A DNA stretch of 64,000 bases from assembly GCA_963770895.1 (NCBI GenBank), contig CAVYRF010000001.1:608001-672000 (forward strand), in the 5' to 3' direction. The position numbers and the translations under genes are program-made. The notes under the pieces are model-generated. The model did no database searches. It saw nothing but the letters and a program-made list of their open reading frames with translations, and was not told the DNA's origin. How positions within the stretch are numbered: position 1 is the stretch's first letter; each line of letters starts with the position of its first letter. Source of the DNA: an uncultured Acidobacteriota bacterium (lineage in GTDB: Bacteria; Acidobacteriota; Thermoanaerobaculia; Multivoradales; UBA5704). This document shows positions 52,909-61,656 of this stretch, piece by piece.

Positions 52909-54066
52909 TCAGGCATTCTCCAGCGACTCGCCAATCGCGCCGCCGGCGGCCCAGGCCAGGGCGCCTTCTGCGGCTTTTGCTGCGTGGTGTTCGCCGAAGG
53001 CAGCTGCCGCGTGCAGGCCGGCGGTACGGGCGTGACGCCACGCGGCGGGGTCGGTGAGGAGCCGGGTGGTGGCGCGGGCAAAGGCGGCGGGATCGTCGAA
53101 GGGGACCAGCGTCGCGGCGGCGGCGGCAAAGCCGCGATAGCAGGCGACGTCGGAAGCGACGACCGGGACGCCGCAGGCCATGGCTTCCAGGACGGGCAGG
53201 CCGAAGCCCTCCTGCTCCCAGGAGGGGGCGAGCAGCAGGTCGCAGCCGGCGAGCAGGCGCGCCACCTGGGGCGGCGTCAGGTGGTGGTGAAACTCGTCGG
53301 GCTCCAGCACCTCCCGCTCCGCCGCGCTGAGCGGCCATTGCGACAGGCGCACCAAGCGGCACCCCAGGCCGTCCTGGCGCAACCGGCGGACGGCGGCGAG
53401 CGCCGTCGCCACCCCCTTCCAGTCGATCTCGAACGGCGACGCGACGGCAATCCGCGGCTCGGCCGGTACCGTGGCCCTGCCGATCACGGCGGGTGCGCGT
53501 GGACCACTCTGAGCGTGTGCATCACTCGGACCACCGCGACCGCCCGCGGCGCCCGGCGGTTGCCGCTGCGTCGCGGCAGGTTTCCAGAACGGCTCCAGCG
53601 GTTGGGGCACCACGCGCGCCGGGCGGTGGAAGCGCCGGCGCAGCTCCAGGGCCAGGTGGGGGGCGACGGCCAGGGCGGGAAGGCCTTGCTGGGAATAGGC
53701 GGCCAGGATGGCCGGGTGCTCGGCCTGGTTGTGCGTGTAGGTCCATTCGAAGCCCTGGCAGAAGTGGACGGCCCGGCCGCCGCCGGCGGCCGCCGCGGCG
53801 AGGGCGGGCGCGATGGTGGTCCAGAAGGTGGCCACGGTCAGGTCGGCGGCGGGCAGCGCGGCGGCTTCGAACGGCGCCGGCAGCCTGAGAAAATGGGCCT
53901 CGATGGGGTACCACTCGGGCGGTGGGCCGCCGCTGACCACGGTGACGCGGTGGCCGCGCCGCGCCATCAGGTTGGCTTGATGCAAGGCGACCTTGGTGCC
54001 GCCGAACAGCGCCGTGTCTTCGAGCAGGTAGGTGATGGCCAGGGATGGAGGAGGCACCAGGGACAC
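52909..54066 (-). CDS. Glycosyltransferase family 4
   Basis: FGGTKV and EGFGLPVLEAMACGVPVVASD; start uncertain. Confidence 0.92.
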   Translation of the reverse strand: MSLVPPPSLAITYLLEDTALFGGTKVALHQANLMARRGHRVTVVSGGPPPEWYPIEAHFLRLPAPFEAAALPAADLTVATFWTTIAPALAAAAAGGGRAVHFCQGFEWTYTHNQAEHPAILAAYSQQGLPALAVAPHLALELRRRFHRPARVVPQPLEPFWKPAATQRQPPGAAGGRGGPSDAHAQSGPRAPAVIGRATVPAEPRIAVASPFEIDWKGVATALAAVRRLRQDGLGCRLVRLSQWPLSAAEREVLEPDEFHHHLTPPQVARLLAGCDLLLAPSWEQEGFGLPVLEAMACGVPVVASDVACYRGFAAAAATLVPFDDPAAFARATTRLLTDPAAWRHARTAGLHAAAAFGEHHAAKAAEGALAWAAGGAIGESLENA

Positions 54067-54164
54067 GTCCTGAAACGGGAAACAGGCAGCTGGGCAAGCG
54101 GCGCCGGCGGGCAGGCTCCGGGCGGCGAGCCCCTGGCTGGCTGACGATCTGGGCTGGTCGCGGG

Positions 54165-55307
54165 CTAGCCGGCCGGCTCCGTGATGGCGAATTTGCAGCT
54201 GCGGCAGATGAAGTCGGCCGGCGCGGGCTCCAGGCCGTAGACCATGCGGCGCATGTGGGCGAAGGCGGGGCCGGTCAGGACCTGCTCGACGCTCTCCTGG
54301 GTCAGGTCGCCTACGACGACCGATTCGCTGTAGTCCTGGCAGCAGAGGATGCATTGGCCGTGGGGGGTGATGTGCAGGTGCTGCAGGGGGCGCGAGCCGA
54401 CGTGGTCGCAGCCGCGCAGCTTGCGGCCGCGGTCGTCGACGCGCATGCCGATGTTGAGGTAGCCGGCGCGGTCGTTGACCACGAAGTACTTGACGGTGAA
54501 GCGGCTGCCGGCGAAGCGCTGTTCGATCTCGGCGAAGTCGGCGCGGTGGCGGTCGTCGCCGGTGCCCAGGACCACCATGTCCATCTGCTGGGCGATGATC
54601 TTGTCCTTGGCGTAGTCGAGGTTGCGCAGCACCAGGCGCAGGTGGTCGCCGCCGCGGTCCTGCTTGTATTTGTCGGCGTCCAGGGTCGAGATGTTGATCG
54701 ACAGGAAGCGCAGGCCTCCCATCTCGACCAGGGCGTCGACGCGGTCGGGGCTGAGGCCGGTGCCGTTGGTGAGGGCGGCCGGCGGCAGGCCGGCGGCACG
54801 CAGGGTGCGCACCTGGTCGACGAAGCGCTTGTCGAGCGTCGGCTCGTTGTAGGAGATCATGAAGACCGCTTCGATGGTGTCGCGCCAGGTTGCCAGCTCG
54901 CCGACGATGCGCTCGTAGAGCTCGGTCGGCATGAAGTAGTCCTGGCGCGGCGCCACCGACACCGGACAGAAGTAGCAGGACTGGTTGCAGACGGTGTGCG
55001 CTTCAAGGGAAACGTACTTGAGGTGAAAGCGCCGCGACAGGTCGTCCGCGCCCGGCGCCGCCAGCCAGCCGCGCGCGAGCAGCGGCGCCAGCTCCGCGGC
55101 CGGCGCTTCCTGGCCGCGGATCACCCGGCACAGCACGTCGTACGCCGGCTGGCCCAGCTCCAGCAGCTCGTCGGCATGCGGGTTGTAAATGCGGTCCGGA
55201 CCGTAGTGCAGGTACGGGCTCGGCTTGAGCGCCGTGCCCGGCGCCGCGGCAACCGCTGTCGTGGTGTCGGCGAGCGGGGCGACGGCGACCAGGTGCTCCA
55301 ACTCCAT
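54165..55307 (-). CDS. Radical SAM protein with a C-terminal SPASM/Twitch-type Cys cluster and a small N-terminal domain
   Basis: CNQSCYFC; YNEPTLD; TNG; GC...GQCILCCQDY...CRSC; GGAGG RBS. Confidence 0.9.
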   Translation of the reverse strand: MELEHLVAVAPLADTTTAVAAAPGTALKPSPYLHYGPDRIYNPHADELLELGQPAYDVLCRVIRGQEAPAAELAPLLARGWLAAPGADDLSRRFHLKYVSLEAHTVCNQSCYFCPVSVAPRQDYFMPTELYERIVGELATWRDTIEAVFMISYNEPTLDKRFVDQVRTLRAAGLPPAALTNGTGLSPDRVDALVEMGGLRFLSINISTLDADKYKQDRGGDHLRLVLRNLDYAKDKIIAQQMDMVVLGTGDDRHRADFAEIEQRFAGSRFTVKYFVVNDRAGYLNIGMRVDDRGRKLRGCDHVGSRPLQHLHITPHGQCILCCQDYSESVVVGDLTQESVEQVLTGPAFAHMRRMVYGLEPAPADFICRSCKFAITEPAG

Positions 55308-55527
55308 GCATCCTCCAATCGGCGGCAGGCGCTGCTTGCGCGGCACAGCTGCCGCACCGGCGACGCCAGGCTTCGCCGAGCGGGATTGTACCGCGACAGG
55401 GCCGATCCGCGGCCGCACCCCTCCTGGATGCGGCCGCGCCCGGCCTGTATACGGACGGCGCTGCTCGCGGCGCCCATGCGCCCGGCACCGTCCCGCCCTC
55501 GCGCCCCCGCCCTCCCCACGCCGCGCC

Positions 55528-57258
55528 TCAGGCGTCGTGGTGCCGCTTCGGCGGCTTCTTCTTGCCCGGGGCGCCGGTGCCGCCCGAGGAACCGCTGCCC
55601 GAACCGCTGCCGCCCGAGCCCGAGCCGCTGCCGCCGGCGCCGCTCAGCGCCGCCAGCAGGGCCGCGCCGTCGATGCTGCCCCAGCCGCTGGCGGGGTCCC
55701 AGCCGGGGCCGGCCTGGTAGGCGGTGCCGGCGACGCCGTTGACGTTGTTGTTGCCGCTGACGACGTCGCTGTACCCTCCCGGCACCATCGACGAGCCGTA
55801 CAGGACGGGGTTGACGAAGCCCACCTTGGTGCCGCTCGCCGCCAGCTGCTGGTTGAGGCGGGCCACCAGGCCGGAGTAGAGCGGCGCCACGGCGCTGGTG
55901 CCGCCGACGACGATGTCCTGGCCGTCGACGCGCACGGTGTAGCCGGTATCGGGATCGGCGTTGCCGGAGACGTCGGGCACGCCGCGGCCGACGTGCTTGT
56001 CGTCCGCCGCCGCCGGCACCTGGGCGCCGGCCTGGTAGGAGGGGACCGGGAAGGAGCGGCTGATGCCGCCGCCGCCGGCGCCGCCCTGGGCGCCGTCGTT
56101 CCACACCGTCTGCTGGCCGATCGACTGGCCGGCGCCGGCGGTCAGGCGGGTGCCGCCGCAGGCCACCACGTTGGGGCTGGAGGCGGGGAAGTCGACGTGC
56201 AGCTTGCCGTCGGTCTGGTCGTCGGCCGAGCCGTCGTCGCCGGACGCCACCAGCACGGTGACGCCCAGGGCGGCGGCGTCCTGGAATACGTCGTCCATGG
56301 CCTGGATCGTCTGCTGCGTCCAGGTCTCCTCGGCGCCGCCCCAGCTGATCGACACCACGCTGGGATTGTTGTGTTCGTCGTGGATCGCGGTCGAGATCGC
56401 ATCGGTGAAGCCCTGCGAGGTGTTGGGGCAGAAGTAGACGGCGAGCTTGGCGCCGGGAGCGATGCCGCCGGCGACCTCGATGTCCAGCAGCACCTCGCCG
56501 TCCGCCGAGCTGGGGTCGCCCGCCGGGCGGTTCTTGCCGTGATCGACGGCGATGGCGGTGACGGTCGGCGGCTGCAACCCCAGGCCGGTGAACCAGGTCT
56601 TGATGTCGGCCGCCTTGTAGCCGCCGCCCAGCTCGATGATGGCGATGCATTCGCCGGTGCCGTCGCCGGCAGGGAAGCCGTAGATCTGCGCCAGCTCGGG
56701 CGGCGCGAACGTGGCCGGCGTCTGGCCGGCCCGCGGCTGCACCCCGCCGCCGGTCTTGCCGGTGCCGGGCGCACCGGCGGTCGCCGCGATGCGGAAGTGC
56801 GGCTTGGCCTGCGGCCGGTTGTCCATCCCCAGCACGGCGACGATCCTGCCGTCGAGGTGGGCCGGCACGGTCAGCGGGCCGCTGCGGGCGCGCACCGTGA
56901 GCTGGCCCAGCTGGACGTTTTGCAGCTGGGTGCCGAAGGCGGCGCTGAGCGCGGCGACGGTGCCGGCCAGCTTGACGTGGCGGCGCGCCACGCTGATCTG
57001 CACCACGTCCAGGGCGTGGTCGTGCGCGAACGCCTCGACCGCCGCGATGTCACCGCGGTCGGCCCCGCGCTCCGCGGCCAGCTCCTGCCGGCCGAGCGGT
57101 TTGGCGTGACGCTGCGGGTTGCTGCGGTGGAGCGGGCGCAGGTACAGGCTGACTTCGATCCGCTCGTTGGGGTCGACCGGCCCGAGGGTCTTGCCGGCCA
57201 GCGGCCGGCGCTCGCTGCCTTACATCGGGACGCGGTGGGAGGACGGGGAAACGGGCAT
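55528..57258 (-). pseudogene. Kumamolisin/sedolisin (S53) protease with an in-frame TAA at codon 13
   Basis: AGGAG RBS; MPVSPSSHRVPM*GSERRPL, then the pro-domain; EVLLD, SISWG, ASGDDG, GGTSAVAP and WDPASGWG motifs. Confidence 0.85.
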
Positions 57259-57368
57259 ATCGAGACTCCTCGCCGAAAGTGGCGGTCTGCTGCCTGGGCG
57301 TGCAAGAGCGCGTCAAGCGCGTCGGAGGGCGGGGTTCGCTAGCTTTGGCGACCGGTGCCTCGCTTATG

Positions 57369-58295
57369 TTACAGCTCCTGCGCCGTCGGTGAAGATCGCT
57401 GCTCGCGCTTGCGCTCCTCCAGCTCGCCCAGGGTGCGCGGCCAGTCGGCCTTGAGCAGGCGCGACAGGGCGCGGTCGGCCAGCAGGCGCCCGCCGGTCTG
57501 GCAGGCGGCGCAGTAGTTGGCTTCGTTTTCGGCGTAGACGATGCGCTGCACCGGCGCGCCGCAGCGCGGGCAGGGCAGGCGGAAGCGGCCGTGCACCGCC
57601 ATCTCCGGGTGGAAGGCGGTGACCTTGTCGGGGAAGTCCGGGGTCTGGCGGCGCAGCCGCTCGATCCACTCGGTGAGGGTGTCGCGCGCCGCCTGGTACA
57701 GCCGCTCCGACTCCTCGGCGTCCAGGTCGGTGGTGCGTTTGAACGGCGACAGCCGCGCCCGGTGCAGGATCTCGTCGGAGTAGGCGTTGCCGATGCCCGA
57801 AAAGAGCGTCGGATCGGTGAGCGCGCGCTTGAGGGTGTGCGTTTCGCGCGCCAGCGCGGCGCGAAAGCCCGCCAGGTCCGACTGCAGCACCTCCAGGCCG
57901 CCGGGATCGAGGGCGGCGAGCGCCGCCGCGCCCTGCACCACCACGAGCGCCGCCCGCCGCTTGCTGCTGGCCTCGGTCAGCAGCAGCGTGCCGGTCGAAA
58001 AATCCCAGGCCGCCAGCCCGTTGCGCCCCGGAATTCCGGCCCCTGCCGGCCGCCAACGCAGGCGCCCCGCGATCATCAGGTGCAGCACCAGGAACAGGCC
58101 GCCGTCGAGCCCGAAGGCGATGCGCTTGCCGACGCGGCGCAGCTCTACGACCTGGCGCCCGAAGGCCGCCGCCAGCGGCGGCTCGACCGAGCGCAGCAGA
58201 AACGGGCTCGCCACGCGCACCCGCTCGAGCGTCGCCCCCAGCACGCGCGGCTCCAGCCGTTCGACGTACAGCGCGACGTCAGGCAGCTCGGGCAT
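57369..58295 (-). CDS. Fpg/Nei family DNA glycosylase
   Basis: [22 protein letters not shown] and CPRC...CAAC zinc finger. Confidence 0.93.
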   Translation of the reverse strand: MPELPDVALYVERLEPRVLGATLERVRVASPFLLRSVEPPLAAAFGRQVVELRRVGKRIAFGLDGGLFLVLHLMIAGRLRWRPAGAGIPGRNGLAAWDFSTGTLLLTEASSKRRAALVVVQGAAALAALDPGGLEVLQSDLAGFRAALARETHTLKRALTDPTLFSGIGNAYSDEILHRARLSPFKRTTDLDAEESERLYQAARDTLTEWIERLRRQTPDFPDKVTAFHPEMAVHGRFRLPCPRCGAPVQRIVYAENEANYCAACQTGGRLLADRALSRLLKADWPRTLGELEERKREQRSSPTAQEL

Positions 58296-58322
58296 TCATG
58301 ATTTGATGAGGCCGCGGCTTCA

Positions 58323-59456
58323 TTATTTGTTTTTCCATTTCAGCAGCGAGGGAGTCTTTGCGGAGCGCCAACAAGCATCAAACCAACCCTTAAAGACGTC
58401 GATTCGGTCACTGCCGAAGTTGGCGTCACCGTCCCTGAAGATCTCGTAAGGGCGATCTCCCGCCTTCAGGTCGCCATGGTCCCAGCGACAAACCCCCGAC
58501 ACCAGCAATCGTCCATTGATCAGTCCTCCGTGAACGGCCGGCATGTGGGAATAGCGCCGGATCCTGACTTTCCACGAAGGATAGTCACCTTTTCGCAGGT
58601 CTTCGAAGAACCGCTCGATGGCAGCGCACTGCTGGTTGGCGCTGCGGGCGGTCCACGATGAGTTGATCCTGTTTTCACTCAGCCATGACGCTGACAGCAT
58701 GGCGACTCTGAGGTGCAGGTAGCGTGGACGCCGGCTGGCCACTTTGCTCAGAACACTGGGCAACGTATTCCAAACATTGTACAAGGTCATGCCGAGCCAG
58801 TCGAGTTCGATGCCGAGCCCCTTCTCCGCCTGGGACACCATGAATTCCACCATGGCATCTTCGGCAGCCGCGACTTTCTCAAAACGCGCAGGTTTGCTCT
58901 GCGATGCTTCGTGATGCTGCAACATATTGTCTGTCTTGTTTACCAGGCCAGCCAGTTCTTCGACGGCGGTTGACAGCTGAACAACCCGCCGTCCTTCGGA
59001 AACGCCCAAAACCTTCAGCCTTTCAAGGATCTGGCTGCAGGCGGTCGACACGGCCTCCTTTGGGTTGGTTTTGGCCATGGCTTCGTAATAGAAGGCCACG
59101 ACCAAGCCTGACAGGTCCGTCGGCAGGCGCATATTCTTGCGGTCGGAGCGAATGATCAGCGTCCGTTCGGCGCCGATCCTCCCCATGAAAAGGCCCAGCT
59201 CCAGGACCAGGTTGTCGCGCGGTGTGACGCCGATCGACTTGCGATGCTCCGATTTGTCGTCGGGGGTCATGACGATGACCGCAAAGTCGTATTTGGTTGC
59301 ATGCTCCTCAAGGACTTTGAGCGTGACCGTGCCGACCGGGAAGGTGGTCGGTTCGTCCCAAATATCCACCGCCACTTCGTCAGCCAGCATTTCCCTCACC
59401 GCTCGCGCGATGGGGAGCCCTTCCCTTGAAGAGGCGATGAACAGGCGTGGTTTCAT
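58323..59456 (-). CDS. CAP12/Pycsar-type TIR-domain protein fused to an unknown C-terminal domain
   Basis: RLFIASSREG, YDFAVIVMTPDD, PRDNLVLELGLFMG and LPTDLSG; visibly lower GC than its neighbours. Confidence 0.82.
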   Translation of the reverse strand: MKPRLFIASSREGLPIARAVREMLADEVAVDIWDEPTTFPVGTVTLKVLEEHATKYDFAVIVMTPDDKSEHRKSIGVTPRDNLVLELGLFMGRIGAERTLIIRSDRKNMRLPTDLSGLVVAFYYEAMAKTNPKEAVSTACSQILERLKVLGVSEGRRVVQLSTAVEELAGLVNKTDNMLQHHEASQSKPARFEKVAAAEDAMVEFMVSQAEKGLGIELDWLGMTLYNVWNTLPSVLSKVASRRPRYLHLRVAMLSASWLSENRINSSWTARSANQQCAAIERFFEDLRKGDYPSWKVRIRRYSHMPAVHGGLINGRLLVSGVCRWDHGDLKAGDRPYEIFRDGDANFGSDRIDVFKGWFDACWRSAKTPSLLKWKNK

Positions 59457-59657
59457 AGCAGGCTCTCCCCTGGTTTTGACCTGAGCTTGGCGTCCGACGC
59501 GCGGCTTGGTCGTCGACCAGCTGAAAAGGGCCGTGGCCCCGCGATGTCTTGGTAGTTTCGCGTTTCGGCGATTATCGCATGGTCCTGCCGCTGCCTGCTG
59601 GCGAGGTGCCTGACAAACCAGGACAGCATTCGCCATCTTGGGCGGGTGCTTGAGCGG

Positions 59658-61478
59658 CTACGCGGGTGCGGCGGGCTGCGCTATGGCAGTGCCGGCCATG
59701 ACCGGCTCGGAGCTGTCGGCCAGGAACGGGCGCAGGACGGGCTCGGTGAAGATGGCTTCGGCCTGGGCGGCGGCGCGGCGGTAGCTTTCGATCTCGGCGT
59801 TTTCAGGGCTCTCGGTATTCTCGGTGTTCGCAGCGTGCTCAGGGTGCGCGGGGTGCTCGGCGTCGCGAGCGCCCAGCTCGGTTTCGATCGCCGCCAGCTC
59901 CTCGCGGAAGCAGCGCGCCACCAGGTCGCGCGTCACCTGCTCGCCGCCGTCCAGGCGCACGCCGTGGCGCAGCCACTGCCAGGTCTGGGCGCGGGAGATC
60001 TCCAGCGTCGCCAGGTCCTCCATCAGGTCGTCCCAGGCGACTACTCCCAGGCCGTCGGCCCAGCCCTTCAGGTAGGCGATGCCGACGCGCACGTTCTTGC
60101 GCAGGCCGGCCAGGGTCCTGGGCGGCGTGCTCTGCGGCAGCAGGTCGGGGCGCTCCTCGATGTCCGGCACCACGTCCAGCTGGTTGGGGCGGGTGAACGC
60201 CGACAGCGCCGGGCCGATGAAGTAGGGGTGGGACACCCAGCAGCCGTCGTGCCCCAGCGAGGCTTCGAAGCGCTTGTCTTCGACCACCTTGCGCGTCTGC
60301 TCGGCGCGCACCTGGGCGTTGCGGCCGGGGGTGAATGCGGCCATGCCGCCCATGGCGAAGGCGCCGTGGCGATGGCAGATGCGGATCAGGTTGCGCGCGT
60401 ACGCCTCCATCCACGGCCGGTTGAGCGAGATGCTGGCGCGGTCGGCCAGCACGCGGTCCGGGTGCTCGGCCAGCACCTTGATGTCGCTGAAGATCTTGTC
60501 CCAGCGGCCGACGTTGGCGCCCGCGGCGCGGCGGCGCAGCTGCCACAGGATCTCTTCGACCTGGAACGCCGCGGGCAGCGTTTCGATCAGCATCGTCACC
60601 CGCAGGCACCCTGCCGGCAGGTCCAGCGCCTCCTCGACGCGGCTGAAGAAGCTGTCCCACAGCCGCGCCTCCAGGTGGTGCTCGCACTTGGGCACGTAGT
60701 ACTTGGGCGTCTTGCCGCGCGCCAGCAGCGCGGCCGCCGAATGGAAGGCGCACAGCGCCAGGTCGACGAAGCCGCCGGCCATGGGCGCGCCGTCGACGCG
60801 CAGGTTGGCTTCGTCCAGGTGCAGCCCGCGGCCGCGCACCATCAGCAGCGCCATGTCGTCCGGGTCCAGGCGATACAGCTTTTCCGGCTGACCGGCGGCG
60901 GCCGGCCGCAGCCACGACAGGGTGCCGCGAGCCGCCGCCGCGACGTTCTCGACCGCCTGGATGACGTGCTCCCATGTCGGTTTCATCGAGTCTTCGAAGT
61001 CCAGCATGGCGGCGTCGGCGCGCTGGCCGTCGGCGCCGCGGCTCAGCATGTTGATCACCATCGACGGGCTGTTGGCGGGGCCGGTGATCTCCACCCGCCG
61101 CGTCTGCAGGTCGGCCGGCAGGGGAGCCACCTGCCACGCGCCGCCCGCCAGGCGCGCCACGTCGCCGTGCTGGTAGCCGGGCAGGCCGCCGCCATCCCAT
61201 TCCTCCTGGCGGTCGCGCCGTACGCCGAGCAGCGCCTGCCGCTGGCCTTCCAGGTCGCGGTGCAGGCGCGCCAGCAGCTCGACCGCGTCCGGCACCAGGA
61301 CGCGGCGGGCGGCGTCGGTCCAGGCCGCGGCGCCGATCTGGACGCCGGGCGCCAGGGTGATCGGCGCCGCGCTACCGCCCTCTGACGGCGCCGCGCCGCC
61401 CCCTTTGGGCGAGGCGGCCGCGCTGGGGGGATCGGCTGGAGCGGGATGGGGTCGGTCGAGGTCGGGACGTTCGTTCAT
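59658..61478 (-). CDS. aceB: Malate synthase A
   Basis: RRVEITGP, MLDFEDS, YYVPKCE, LIETLPAAF, NVGRWD, AMGGMAA, DGCWVSHP and LMEDLATLEISR. Confidence 0.95.
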   Translation of the reverse strand: MNERPDLDRPHPAPADPPSAAASPKGGGAAPSEGGSAAPITLAPGVQIGAAAWTDAARRVLVPDAVELLARLHRDLEGQRQALLGVRRDRQEEWDGGGLPGYQHGDVARLAGGAWQVAPLPADLQTRRVEITGPANSPSMVINMLSRGADGQRADAAMLDFEDSMKPTWEHVIQAVENVAAAARGTLSWLRPAAAGQPEKLYRLDPDDMALLMVRGRGLHLDEANLRVDGAPMAGGFVDLALCAFHSAAALLARGKTPKYYVPKCEHHLEARLWDSFFSRVEEALDLPAGCLRVTMLIETLPAAFQVEEILWQLRRRAAGANVGRWDKIFSDIKVLAEHPDRVLADRASISLNRPWMEAYARNLIRICHRHGAFAMGGMAAFTPGRNAQVRAEQTRKVVEDKRFEASLGHDGCWVSHPYFIGPALSAFTRPNQLDVVPDIEERPDLLPQSTPPRTLAGLRKNVRVGIAYLKGWADGLGVVAWDDLMEDLATLEISRAQTWQWLRHGVRLDGGEQVTRDLVARCFREELAAIETELGARDAEHPAHPEHAANTENTESPENAEIESYRRAAAQAEAIFTEPVLRPFLADSSEPVMAGTAIAQPAAPA

Positions 61479-61518
61479 GGGCATCCTCCGGCTGTCTTGC
61501 AGGTGAAACTCTACCTGC

Positions 61519-61591
61519 AGCGAAATCGTCACGTCAAGCGAAATTTCGCTGACGGCGTGATTGGTGTTAGAATTCGCTGCCAGCGAGAATT
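61519..61591. promoter_or_regulatory. Probable operator array between aceB and its regulator
   Basis: Perfect palindrome AGCGAAATTTCGCT (61537-61550), an extra AGCGAAAT half-site at 61519, and AATTCGCTG-C-CAGCGAGAATT at 61571-61591. Confidence 0.65.
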
Positions 61592-61656
61592 GGCAGATTC
61601 GATAGAGCGGACCAGGCCAGCACAGGACAGAGCACAGCGGACGGAGACCAGCATCG

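Noticed and set aside
51271-57258. Stop-codon reassignment to explain the in-frame TAG and TAA
   Set aside because: Two different stops are involved, and both serve as normal terminators elsewhere in the window (for example TAG at 15809 and TAA at 19136).
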